Below, piece by piece: positions 27,625 to 40,515 of a stretch of 57,419 nucleotides of DNA; positions within the stretch are counted from its first letter, which is position 1; each line of letters begins with the position of its first letter. The translations under genes were made by a program, and so were the position numbers. Location of the stretch: NCBI GenBank assembly GCA_002269645.1, contig NIVC01004159.1, positions 1 to 57,419 on the forward strand, read 5' to 3'. Source of the DNA: Macrostomum lignano (Eukaryota). The notes beneath the pieces are model-generated. The model searched no databases. It worked only from the letters and a program-made list of their open reading frames with translations, and was not told the origin of the DNA.

Positions 27625-30600
27625 ATGGATGAGTTTGAAGAAGCCTGTGACTTGGATGGCGATGCACTTGATCTGCCTGAGTCAGCCTTGACCTCTAGCA
27701 CTGAGGACTGCCTATTTGTGGTTGTTGGCTCGCATCTCCAGTCAAATGAGCGACTAATGGCTAATGTTAATGTGAGATCTATATTGGATAATTGATATCC
27801 TTACAGCCTTTCCATTCACTAAACATCTTTTTCCTCTTTTCTATTCTGTAGGCCCTAGACAAATATACCCCACCCCTAGCCCTGAGACTCCACCCATAGA
27901 TCCCCACCAACCCTGTTTCCTACCCTATAGATCCCACCACACCTATTTTCTACCCCATGGACCCTCACAACCCTGTTTCCTTACCCCATAGACCCCACCA
28001 CCCCTGTTTCCTTACCCCATAGACCCCACCACGACCCCACCAACCCTGTTTCCTTACCCCTTAGACCCCACCACCCCCGTTTCCTTACCCCAAGACCCCA
28101 CCACCCCTGTTTCCTTACCACATAGACCCCACCACCCCTGTTTCCTACCCCTTAGACCCCACCACCCCTGTTTCCTTACCCCTTAGACCCCACCACCCCT
28201 GTTTCCTTACCCCTTAGACCCCACCACCCCTGTTTCCTTACCCCTTAGACCCCAAAACCCCTGTTTCCTTACCTCGTAGACACCACTTACCCTGTTTCCT
28301 TACCCCATAGACCCCACCACGACCCTACCATCCCTGTTTCCTTACCCCCGTACCACTTACCATTACTTAATAGATGACTAATTTATTGTTTGTTTAAATT
28401 TAAATTTGTTTTATAACCTCCCCCCCCCCTGCAGAGCTTCCGTCAGCCAATAGAATTCGCCGAGTCAATCGAAGCCCATCTATCTAGTCAATCTCCAAAG
28501 CCGATGATTAGCAATTATAATCGCCTAATTTACATCACGGATCAATTCGATTTCAATCGGCATTGCGCCCTGTTCAAACGATTAACCGCGCCGTCGGCAT
28601 CGTTGGGAACAAAATCGTCCAAGTCGCCTAGCTACTGCGTGCTCGGTCCCCCGGCTCTGGCCCAGCTTCTATTGCTTCATCGTTCTGGCGAATCTGTCTC
28701 AATAGATTGGCCAAGGCGCCCAGTGTATTCCTGCGGCATGCGAGGCGTCGTGGCTTGTTTAACTGGATTCTCCGAGAAGGCTCGCGTATCACGGATAGCC
28801 TTCTTAGTCCACTGTTTAGGCGGCGGTATTCGAGCCGAGGTGTCTCGTAAGGTCACACATTTGATTGCTGTGTCCACGGCCGATGCTAAGTATAGGAAAG
28901 CGGTTACCTATGGCATACCGGTGATGACTGCCGACTGGGTGGAGGCGGCCTGGATGGCTAGGGACTCAGCTGCTGAGCATTCCACGGGTGTGGCTAGTGC
29001 CACTACTGGTGAACTGGTGAGTATTATCGGCTCTAATCCACCTTGAGAATCGGCTCTAATCCACTCTGAGAATCGGCTCTAATCCATTCTGAGAATCGGC
29101 TCTAATCCACTCTGAGAATCGGCTCTAATCCATTCTGAGAATCGGCTCTAATCCACCTTTAGAATCGTCTCTAATCCACCCTGAGAATCGTCTCTAATCC
29201 ACTCTGAGAATCGGCTCTAATCCACCTTTAGAATCGTCTCTAATCCACCCTGAGAATCGGCTCTAATCCACCTTTAGAATCGTCTCTAATCCACCCTGAG
29301 AATGGGCTCTAATCCACCCTAAGAATCGGCTCTAATCCACCCTGAGAATCGGCTCTAATCCTCCCTAAGAATCGGCTCTAATCCACCCTAAGAATAGGCT
29401 CTAATCCACCTTTAGAATCGTCTCTAATCCACCCTGAGAATCGGCTCTAATCCTCCCTAAGAATCGGCTCTAATCCTCCCTGAAAATCGGCTCTAATCCA
29501 CAATGAGAGTCGACCCTAATCCACTCTGAGAACCGGCTCTAATCCTCCCTAAGAATCGGCTCTAATCCACTCTGAGAACCGGCTCTAATCCTCCCTAAGA
29601 ATCGGCTCTAATCCACTCTGAGAACCGGCTCTAATCCTCCCTAAGAATCGGCTCTAATCCACTCTGAGAATCGGCTCTAATCTACCCTGAGAATCGGCTC
29701 TAATCCACCCTGAGAATATCGTCTCTAATCCTCTCTGAGAATCAAATTTAGCCCATTCTAAGAGTTCCTTTGATCATCTCTGAGAACCAAGTCTATCCTA
29801 AGTGCTGTACCAAAGCCACCTTAAAATCGGTTTAAACTCACCCAGATGATCATCTGTAGGTCAAGTTGCGATTGCTTCTGTGCAAGTTCATGTCAGAAAT
29901 GTTTTTAAATGCTCAATCCAGTTCGCTCAGCACCGACTTCGCCCATTCGTTGGCAACACGCTAGCCTTCTTTGGTTACTCAGACTCAGACACATCCGAGA
30001 TGGCTCAGTTGGCTCGCGAAGCCGGCGGCACCGTCGTCCCATTCGCTTCACTGACCGCTTCATCATCGTCAGCAAGCTCCACTAATCCGGCAGTTACTCA
30101 AATCGTAGTGAACGATCTGTTAGATTTCCGTTCAATTCCTGCGCTGCCAACTGCCAGCCAATCAGCATCGACTGCGGTCATTGTGCGCAGCGAATGGTTC
30201 TGGCTAGCCATACAGAATGGTTTTCAATTCGCTGCCAGCTTGTATGCATTGAAACAACAGTGTCTGGAATCTTCTGCTTCTGCTGCTGCTGCTGCTACTG
30301 CTGGCCTGTCCTCGTCTGCATCCGCCTCCTCTGCTACCGGCGCCGCCGCAGCGCGTAAACGACGCCGTCTGGCGCCTCAGCAGCCGTTAGAATCATTGGC
30401 CGGTCCGCCAGATCCATCAGACCTGATGCTTCTCAGCTTGCCCAGTCCAGCTGCCGGGGCGACATCATCGGCGCTGCACCGTCTGTCCGGTGTGAGCAGC
30501 GCAGCCAGTTTGCTGGACGCCACAGCCGACAGTTCCGCTCTGTCGCCTGTAGCTGAACGACATCATGCCGGTGCGAGTCAGTGCGGCATCGACAGTGTGT

Positions 30601-31235
30601 CGTCTCCGGCTGGACAATCGCAGCAAAATCAACAGCAGCAGCAGCAGCCTGTTGATTCTCGTCAACAGCGTCGACTACAGAAAGCTATGGAGCTGGCTCA
30701 CACCGAAGCTAATTATGTCAGCATTCTTGGCGTTATTGTCAACGTTATCAGGCGTGAAGTTGCCGACGCGAGCAGGCCTGGTGGAGCTCTGCTACCGGAT
30801 ATGGCTGTTGAAATCATTTTTCACGGCTTGGAGCCCATCTACAAATTGCATAGGGATATTGAGGCTGCGCTTAGGGTGAGTGCAGATTTGCTGAGACTGG
30901 CTGGTTGCAGACAGAGGCTATAATTGAAAAATACTGCCATGCAGACTGTGCAGGCATGGTTACTGACTGTAAACGCTAATGAAGATAGGCAGATACGGAC
31001 AAACATACATAAAGACAGGGAGACAGACATATAAATAGACATACATTATGACAGACAGACACATACACACAGACAGACAGACATACACACAGACAGACAG
31101 ACACATATAGACAGACAGACACATACACACAGACAGAGACATACACACAGACAGACAGACAGACAGACACATATAGACAGACAGACAGACACATACACAC
31201 AAGACAGACAGACAGACAGACACTAAGACAGACAC

Positions 31236-31290
<55 letters not shown>

Positions 31291-31722
31291 CATATAGACA
31301 GACAGACACATACACACAGACAGAGACATACACACAGACAGAGACGTACACACAGACAGAGACATACACACAGACAGACAGACAGACAGACACACATAGA
31401 CAGACAGACAGACACATACACACAAGACAGACAGACAGACAGACACTAAGACAGACACACAGACAGACAGACAGACAGACAGACACATATAGACAGACAG
31501 ACACATACACACAGACAGAGACATACACACAGACAGACAGACATACAGACACATATAGACAGACAGACAGACACATACACACAAGACAGACAGACAGACA
31601 GACAGACAGACACATATAGACAGACAGACACATACACACAGACAGACACATACACACAGACAGACACATAACACACAGACAGACACATACACACAGACAG
31701 ACAGACAGACAGACACATACAC

Positions 31723-31757
<35 letters not shown>

Positions 31758-34700
31758 CATACACACAGACAGACAGACACATACACACAGACAGACAGAC
31801 ACATACACGCAGACAGACAGACACATACACACAGACAGACAGACACATACACACAGACAGACAGACAGACACATAAACGCAGACTGACAGACACACAGGC
31901 AGATAGACAGGCAGGCATACAGTAAGACAGAATGGCAAACAGACAGCAGTACATTATGACAGATAAACGGGACAGCCAGACACTAAGATAGACAGACAGA
32001 CAGGTACATAGAACCTATAATAAGCTGACCAGGCACACCTAAGCACTTGAAATCTATACTAAATCAGAGCCAGCTCATATAATCTATCAATCCCGCAGCG
32101 CCTCACAGAGAACTGGTCAGACACCTGTCAGGTAGGCAAAGTGTTCACAGACCGGGCCGACCAGCTCAGCCAAGTGTATCCACCGTTTGTAAATTTTGTT
32201 GAACAAGCCAAAGAAGAGATGGCCCGTTGGGAGCAGCGAGATCCCAGGTTTCGCGCTTATCTACGATTGTGCCTAAGTCGGAAAGAGTGCCTGAGGCAGT
32301 CCTTGAAGGAGCTGCTAATTCGGCCGGTGCAGCGGCTGCCGTCGGTCACTCTGTTGCTGGGCGACATGCTCAAGGTTACTAATGAGGACAGTCCAGATCA
32401 TGCCGGACTGCAGCAAGCATTGGCGGTTGTACGCAAAGCTCTCGATCATATTAACGAAGAGAAACGTACTACGGATTCTCAATTAGCTATGTTTGATATT
32501 ATTAACGATATTGAAAATTGCCCGCCTTCGCTATTGTCCTCGCATCGGGTTATTATCGATCGGGTTGATGCTATTGAATTGGCTAATGGTTCGTCTGGCT
32601 ATCGGCCTCTGGCTGGGGCTGGTAGCTTCTTGTCTCTGCTGCTATTTAATGATCATCTGCAGGTATGATATATTGACCTGGGTGCTCATATCAGAGTAGG
32701 GTGTGTGTGCTCATATTGGAGTAGGGTGTGTGTGCTCATATTGGAGTAGGGTGTGTGCTCATATTAGAGTAGGTTGTGTGCTCATATTAGAGTAGGTTGT
32801 GTGCTCATATTAGAGTATAGGTTGTGTGCTCATATTGGAGTAGGCCCTTAGGGTGTGTGTGCTCATATTGGAGTAGGGTGTGTGTGCTCATATTGGAGTA
32901 GGGTGTGTGTGCTCATATATCTGAGTGGGGTGTGTGTGCTCATATATCGGAGTAGGGTGTGCTCATATATCTGAGTAGGGTGTGCTCATATATCTGAGTA
33001 GGGTGTGCTCATATATCTGAGTAGGGTGTGCTCATATTTGAGTAGGGTGTGCTCATATATCTGAGTAGGGTGTGCTCATATTTGAGTAGGGTGTGCTCAT
33101 ATATCTGAGTAGGTTTTTCTCATATTTGAGTAGGGTGTGCTCATATATCTGAGTAGGGTGTGCTCATATATTTGAGTAGGGTGTGCTCATATATCTGAGT
33201 AGGGTGTGTTTATATATCTGAGTAGAGTGTGCTCATATATCTGAGTAGGGTGTGCTCATATATCTGAGTAGGGTGTGCTCATATATCTGAGTAGGGTGTG
33301 CTCATATATTTGAGTAGGGTGTGCTCATATATCTGAGTAGGGTGTGCTTATATATCTGAGTTGAGTGTGCTCATATATCTGAGTAGGGTGTGCTCATATA
33401 TCTGAGTAGGGTGTGCTCATTTATCTGAGTAGGGTGTGCTCATATATCCGAGTTCATATTTAGTTTGCACCAACTCTCAGATCTCCAAGCAGCGCAAGAA
33501 CGGTGCCAGCAGCAGTGCGGCCGCCTCAGCCTCAGCCGCCGCAGGCGGTAGCCACACCGGCAAGCCATCGAGCAGCGCTCTGAAGCCACCAAAGCGGCAA
33601 TACCGTCACCTGGAGCTGCTCCATCTCAGCCGAGTTCGCCGAGTCTGCAGCCTAACCGACGATCGGGATCCCAGCGACATCCGTCGATTATTCGCTTTCG
33701 TGTGTCGGTCAGCAGAATCTGGGGAACTATTCGTACTGTCCTTTGCTCTGATTGGCTCAGCGGATAAGCCTGCATTTCTGCGCTCCGTCTGCGCTCAGAT
33801 CTGCGCCGCAACGTGCTCGGCCGAGTCTGTCGACTCGTATTTCGCTCGCGTCGATGTTGACGAGCTCCGTGTCGAAACTAACGGCGTATTTGATCGGCAG
33901 CATCAGTTAAGCGCTAAAGCTCGTCGATTCGGTAAACGCGTGACTCGAGCCTTGTCGAATCGAACTCCGAGGCGAACTCTGACTAGGGCTGTATCGGCTG
34001 CCCTGCAGCAGCAGCACTCAGTGTCGAATAGTCAGCAGGCTAGCGGGCATGACTCGTCGGTGCTGGGCGATTCGCCTTGTCCCGACTCGCCAGCTAGAGC
34101 TCCTGGCTTTGATGAAGAGCACCAGAATCATACTAGCTTTGCTGGTGCCGATACCGGTGCAGCTGCGGTTGCTAAGGTTTGATTTTTTGTTTATTCATCA
34201 CAGACTGTTGTAGCCATTTTCTGTACATTGCAGTTTTTTTATTATTCAAACCTATCCTCTATTTTGGTGACGGTGTGTGCGGCTTTTTTGTGCTCAAGTT
34301 ATAAAAATGGGGGAGAAAATAGGTCTAGACAAAAATGGGACAATAGGATGGATGCTGTAGAAAGGAAAATTAAGACAGAAATGAGAAAAAGAGAGAGAAG
34401 AGAGGGAAAAAAAGAGGGGAGAGAAGGGGAGGAAAGAGGGGAGAGAAGAAGAGGAAAGAAGAGAGAAGGGGAGGAAAGAAGAGAGAAGGGGAGAAAAGAA
34501 GAGAGAAGGAGAGGAAAGAGGAGAGAGAAGGGGAGGAAAGAGGAGAGAGAGAAGGGGAGGAAAGAGGGGAGAGAAGGGGAGGAAAGAGGGGAGAGAAGGG
34601 GAGGAAAGAGGGGAGAGAAGGGGAGGAAAGAGGAGAGAGAAGAGGAGGAAAGATGGGAGAGAAGGGGAGGAAAGAGGGAGAGAAGGGGAGGAAAGAGGGG

Positions 34701-37700
34701 AGAGAAGGGGAGGAAAGAGGGGAGAGAAGGGCAGGAAAGAGGAGAGAGAGAAGGGGAGGAAAGAGGGGAGAGAAGGGGAGGAAAGAGGAGAGAGAGAAGG
34801 GGAGGAAAGAGGGGAGAGAATGGGAGGAAAGAGGGGAGAGAAGGGGAGGAAAGAGGGGAGAGAAGGGGAGGAAAGAGGAGAGAGAAGAGGAGGAAAGATG
34901 GGAGAGAAGGGGAGGAAAGAGGGGAGAGAAGGGGAGGAAAGACGGGAGAGAAGGGGAGGAAAGAGGGGAGAGGGGGGGGGAGAGGGGAGAAAAGGAGAGG
35001 AAAGAGGGGAGAGAAGGGGAGGAAAGAGGGGAGAGAAGGGGAGGAAAGAGGGGAGAGAAGGGGAGGAAAGAGGGGAGAGGGGGGGGAGAGGGGAGAGAAG
35101 GAGAGGAAAGAGGGGAGAGAAGGGGAGGAAAGAGGGGAGAGAAGGGGAGGAGGGGAGAGAAGGAGAGGAAAGAGGGGAGAGAAGGGGGAAAGAGGAGAGA
35201 GAAGGGGGGAAAGATAGGAGAGAAGGGGAGGAAAGAGGGAACTCTGTAAGTGAAGGAAAGCTGAAAAGTCAACACAAAACTTGAAAAAAAATCTTACATT
35301 TTTATTTACCCATTTTATACCTGCGCTAACATGCTTTTATTTACATGATTTCCATGCCTTGAAAACAAAAATAATAAATATTATCTTAATAGACTCCGAA
35401 GCAGCAGCAGGACTCTGTCTTTCTGTCTCCGCTGCCTCCGCCGCCGCTAGCGGCCACCCCGCAGCGGCAGCCGCTTGCTGCTCGCAAATCCCGCACAGCC
35501 GGTCTGGGCGCATCGCTCCGTCGCGGATTGAGCGGCCTCAGGCAGAGTTTCCGGCTGGCTGGCAGGCCGTCTGCTGCTGCCGCCGCTGCGGCCAGACGGA
35601 CCGCTGCAGCCTCGGCTGCTGGCTCTGCGACCTGCGGCAAGCCGCAGCATCGGGTGTCGTCTCTGGCTGATTGGACTCTGGTGAGTGTGTCTGTGGCTGA
35701 TTGGACTCTGGTGAGTGTGTCTGTGGCTGATTGGACTCTGGTGAGTGTGTCTGTGGCTGATTGGACTCTGGTGAGTGTGTCTGTGGCTGATTGGACTCTG
35801 GTGAGTGTGTCTGTGGCTGATTGGACTCTGGTGAGTGTGTCTGTGGCTGATTGGACTCTGGTGAGTGTGTCTGTGGCTGATTGGACTCTGGTGAGTGTGT
35901 CTGTGGCTGATTGGACTCTGGTGAGTGTGTCTGTGGCTGATTGGACTCTGGTGAGTGTGTCTGTGGCTGATTGGACTCTGGTGAGTGTATCTGTAGCTGA
36001 TTGGACTCTGGTGAGTGTGTCTGTGGCTGATTGGACTCTGGTGAGTGTGTCTGTGGCTGATTAGACTCTGGTGAGTGTGTCTGTGGCTGATTGGACTCTG
36101 GTGAGTGTGTCTGTGGCTGATTGGACTCTGGTGAGTGTGTCTGTGGCTGATTGGACTCTGGTGAGTGTGTCTGTGGCTGATTGGACTCTGGTGAGTGTCG
36201 TCTCTGGCTGATTGGACTCTGGTGAGTGTGTCTGTGGCTGATTGGACTCTGGTGAGTGTGTCTGTGGCTGATTGGACTCTGGTGAGTGTATCTGTGGCTG
36301 ATTGGACTCTGGTGAGTGTGTCTGTGGCTGATTGGACTCTGGTGAGTGTGTCTGTGGCTGATTGGACTCTGGTGAGTGTGTCTGTGGCTGATTGGACTCT
36401 GGTGAGTGTGTCTGTGGCTGATTGGACTCTGGTGAGTGTATCTGTGGCTGATTGGACTCTGGTGAGTGTGTCTGTGGCTGATTGGACTCTGGTGAGTGTG
36501 TCTGTGGCTGATTGGACTCTGGTGAGTGTATCTGTGGCTGATTGGACTCTGGTGAGTGTGTCTGTGGCTGATTGGACTCTGGTGAGTGTCGTCTCTGGCT
36601 GATTGGACTCTGGTGAGTGTGTCTGTGGCTGATTGAACTCTGGTGAGTGTGTCTGTGGCTGATTGGACTCTGGTGAGTGTGTCTGTGGCTGATTGGACTC
36701 TGGTGAGTGTGTCTGTGGCTGATTGGACTCTGGTGAGTGTGTCTGTGGCTGATTGGACTCTGGTGAGTGTGTCTGTGGCTGATTGGACTCTGGTGAGTGT
36801 GTCTGTGGCTGATTGAACTCTGGTGAGTGTGTCTGTGGCTGATTGGACTCTGGTGAGTGTGTCTGTGGCTGATTGAACTCTGGTGAGTGTGTCTGTGGCT
36901 GTTTGGACTCTGGTGAGTGTGTCTGTGGCTGATTGGACTCTGGTGAGTGTCGTCTCTGGCTGATTGGACTCTGGTGAGTGTGTCTGTGGCTGATTGAACT
37001 CTGGTGAGTGTGTCTGTGGCTGATTGGACTCTGGTGAGTGTCGTCTCTGGCTGATTGGACTCTGGTGAGTGTGTCTGTGGCTGATTGGACTCTGGTGAGT
37101 GTCGTCTCTGGCTGATTGGACTCTGGTGAGTGTGTCTGTGGCTGATTGGACTCTGGTGAGTGTGTCTGTGGCTGAATGGACTCTGGTGAGTGTCGTCTCT
37201 GGCTGATTGGACTCTGGTGAGTGTGTCTGTGGCTGATTGGACTCTGGTGAGTGTGTCTGTGGCTGATTGGACTCTGGTGAGTGTATCTGTGGCTGATTGG
37301 ACTCTGGTGAGTGTGTCTGTGGCTGATTGGACTCTGGTGAGTGTGTCTGTGGCTGATTGAACTCTGGTGAGTGTGTCTGTGGCTGATTGGACTCTGGTGA
37401 GTGTGTCTGTGGCTGATTGAACTCTGGTGAGTGTGTCTGTGGCTGATTGGACTCTGGTGAGTGTGTCTATGGCTGATTGGACTCTGGTGAGTGTGTCTGT
37501 GGCTGATTGAACTACGGTGAGTGTGTCTGTGGCTGATTGGACTCTGGTGAGTGTGTCTGTGGCTGATTGGACTCTGGTGAGTGTGTCTGTGGCTGATTGG
37601 ACTCTGGTGAGTGTGTCTGTGGCTGATTGAACTCTGGTGAGTGTGTCTGTGGCTGATTGGACTCTGGTGAGTGTGTCTGTGGCTGATTGGACTCTGGTGA

Positions 37701-39231
37701 GTGTGTCTGTGGCTGTTTGGACTCTGGTGAGTGTGTCTGTGGCTGATTGGACTCTGGTGAGTGTGTCTGTGGCTGATTGAACTCTGGTGAGTGTGTCTGT
37801 GGCTGATTGGACTCTGGTGAGTGTGTCTGTGGCTGATTGAACTCTGGTGAGTGTGTCTGTGGCTGTTTGGACTCTGGTGAGTGTGTCTGTGGCTGATTGG
37901 ACTCTGGTGAGTGTGTCTGTGGCTGATTGGACTGGTGAGTGTGTCTGCTTAGTGCTACCTTGGGCAGGTGTAATCAATTATTATTATTATTATTATTAGT
38001 GCTACCTAATCGTTAGTCTGTCGTGTCTAGATTTCTTAGCACCTGTCTGTATACCTAAATGTCTGTCTTTGATTGGGTCCGTCAGTTGGTCCGTCAAACA
38101 CTTTCCAGTGTTTGTCTGTTTGTATCCGCAGCATTTGTATATTTAAATGCATGTGACAGCTAATACTTCATAAATATGAAATCCTTTACTATCCCACCCC
38201 GTGCAGCGGCCTGAGCTGTGCTGCTCCAACACCAGCTTGGCCTCGTTGGACAGCTGTCAGTCCCTGCCAGTTGCCTCAACCACCGCTGCTAGGTCCGCCG
38301 CCGCCACCGCCTCGTTCATGAGTTCCGCTACAAACGCCTTTGGAGCCCCGTCAGGCCGTGCTAACCCAGCCACACTGCTGCTCACTGCACAGGTTCATTT
38401 TTTACAGTTTTAATCCCTTTCAAATCTTGGCTAGCAGTTTTTTACTGATTTTATTATCGTGAAATATCACTTCACAAGGCAATGTGTTCTGCGTTTTTTC
38501 CTTTAGTCAGTCAGCCAGTCAGTCAGTCAGTCAGTCAGTCAGCCAGTCAGTCAGTCAGTCAGTCAGTCAGTCAGCCAGTCAGTCAGTCAGCCAGTCAGTC
38601 AGTCAGTCAGTCAGTCAGTCAGCCAGTCAGTTAGTCAGTCAGTCAGTCAGTCAGTCAGTCAGTCAGTCAGTCAGTCAGTCAGTCAGTCAGCCAGTCAGTC
38701 AGTCAGTTAGTCAGTCAGTCAGCCAGTCAGTCAGCCAGTCAGTCAGTCAGTCAGTTAGTCAGTCAGTCAGTCAGTCAGCCAGTCAGTCAGTTAGCCAGTC
38801 AGTCAGTCAGTCAGTCAGCCAGTCAGTCAGCCAGTCAGTCAGTCAGTCAGTCAGTCAGTCAGTCAGTCAGTCAGTCAGTCAGTCAGTCAGTTAGTCAGTC
38901 AGCCAGTCAGTCAGCCAGTCAGTCAGTTAGCCAGTCAGTCAGTCAGTCAGTTAGTCAGTCAGCCAGTCAGTCAGTCAGTCAGTCAGTCAGTCAGCCAGTC
39001 AGTCAGCCAGTCAGTTAGCCAGTCAGTCAGTCAGTCAGTCAGCCAGTCAGTCAGTCAGTTAGTCAGTCAGTCAGCCAGTCAGTCAGCCAGTCAGTCCCCA
39101 CCCATCACCCGCAGGCGGCTCGCGAGGACCTGCCCAAAAGTTCGTCATCCTCTCGACTAAGCATTGCCGGACTGTCAGCCAAGCGCCTGCGCAAGCAGCT
39201 GAGCTCGTGGAGTTTGTCGCGTGGAAAATAA
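27625..39231 (+). CDS. ECT2: ECT2/Pebble-like RhoGEF (BRCT repeats + DH + PH), multi-exon
   Basis: BRCT motifs ([68 protein letters not shown]; SEWFW). DH motifs ([65 protein letters not shown]), then PH and tail ([19 protein letters not shown]). A phase-0 exon chain is consistent throughout: 27625-27771, 28435-29016, 29922-30875, 32099-32662, 33481-34176, 35393-35680, 38207-38392, 39115-39231 (TAA). Confidence 0.93.
27870..28350. repeat. ~31-bp minisatellite (TTCCTTACCCCATAGACCCCACCACCCCTGT)n
   Basis: Directly visible; first ECT2 coding intron. Confidence 0.9.
29027..29735. repeat. 23-bp minisatellite (GAGAATCGGCTCTAATCCACCCT)n
   Basis: Directly visible; starts immediately after the donor at 29017. 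Confidence 0.93.
30985..31915. repeat. (CAGA)n/(CA)n compound microsatellite
   Basis: Directly visible. Confidence 0.93.
32680..33450. repeat. 21-26-bp minisatellite (GTGTGCTCATATATCTGAGTAGG)n
   Basis: Directly visible; fills the ECT2 DH/PH intron. Confidence 0.93.
34385..35242. repeat. Purine-only ~22-bp minisatellite (GAGAGAAGGGGAGGAAAGAGGG)n
   Basis: Directly visible. Confidence 0.92.
35654..37948. repeat. 30/31-bp satellite (GATTGGACTCTGGTGAGTGTGTCTGTGGCT)n, ~76 units
   Basis: Directly visible; every unit contains CTG|GTGAGT. Confidence 0.96.
37961..37996 (+). mobile_element. Extremely 5'-truncated non-LTR retroposon (3' end plus (ATT)n tail)
   Basis: TGGGCAGGTGTAATCAATT(ATT)n is flanked by the perfect direct repeat TAGTGCTACCT (37950-37960, 37997-38007). 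The same 3' motif occurs at 56166-56186. Confidence 0.75.
38505..39095. repeat. (CAGT)n microsatellite
   Basis: Directly visible; last ECT2 intron. Confidence 0.95.
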
Positions 39232-40019
39232 AGTACCTGTAGTATCGATCTTGAAGTGCATAATTTCGAAATTGGTACCCGTATGTATCACTTGGTACCC
39301 GTATGTACTGTACATATATTTGTATTTTTAAGTTGGAAAAAGGAATTGCAGCATAATTAATCAACTATCTGATACTGAAAAACGTTTTTAATGTCCTTCG
39401 GTTTTAGTTGACCCTAATTTAGTAAGTAGTATATTTCAGGCATTTTTCTGTTAATAATTGAAATCATTTTACTTTGTGCAACTTTCAACTTTCTTCCTAT
39501 TAGTTTCTTGGCTTTATTTTTCAAGTTTAATACCCCCTTTTACGCAATAATTCTGTACTGTACTACTAACTATAAGCAGTAGTGCGTTTCGCTGTTTTTA
39601 TCTCTGATTGTGCAATTTTGTTGCAATCGTTTTTCAATTGATATTACTTTTAGTAGCGGTGAGTGATGAGTTGCCAATCGGAATTCCGCGTGTTGAAACC
39701 GAATCCAGTGCCAGAACTGCATCTAAAATTTATTTTGCCTATAAGCGATCTATTTTCTACTGACTACTGCCTACTAAGTAGTATTATTGCAACTGAAAAA
39801 TATATGTATTTGTATATGTATCCCTACGAAGCTTGTGTATTGACTTGATTTTAATCATTTTAATGAATTATTATCAGATCCTAGATTTTGACTGCTTTTT
39901 TAATTTATTTCATTACTTCATCATTTGGGGCTTAGGTGCTCGAAAATTGACCAATTGGGTTGTGAATTTAGACACCTATATGAAGGCCAACCTGCAAGGC
40001 AGAGAGGGAGTAACTCCGT

Positions 40020-40515
40020 CTACAGGGACCTCTGAATTAACCTTCTGTCCTACAGGGATCTCTGAATTAACCTTCCATCCTACAGGGATCTCTGAATTAA
40101 CCTTCTGTCCTACAGGGATCTCTGAATTAACCTTCCATCCTACAGGGATCTCTGAATTAACCTTCTGTCCTACAGGGATCTCTGAATTAACCTTCCATCC
40201 TACAGGGATCTCTGAATTAACCTTCTGTCCTACAGGGATCTCTGAATTAACCTTCCATCCTACAGGGATCTCTGAATTAACCTTCTGTCCTACAGGGATC
40301 TCTGAATTAACCTTCTGTCCTACAGGGATCTCTGAATTAACCTTCTATCCTACAGGGATCTCTGAATTAACCTTCTATCCTACAGGGATCTCTGAATTAA
40401 CCTTCTATCCTACAGGGATCTCTGAATTAACCTTCTATCCTACAGGGATCTCTGAATTAACCTTCTATCCTACAGGGATCTCTGAATTAACCTTCTATCC
40501 TACAGGGATCTCTAA
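40020..40515. repeat. 30-bp minisatellite (CCTACAGGGATCTCTGAATTAACCTTCT[GT/AT]) x16
   Basis: Directly visible. Confidence 0.95.

Noticed and set aside
34228-35284. Several long R/E/G/K-rich and P/S/L-rich ORFs
   Set aside because: Translations of a purine-only minisatellite inside an ECT2 intron.
36061-37977. 638-aa minus-strand ORF ([10 protein letters not shown] repeats)
   Set aside because: Antisense translation of the 30-bp satellite; stop-free by unit composition, with no unique coding flanks.
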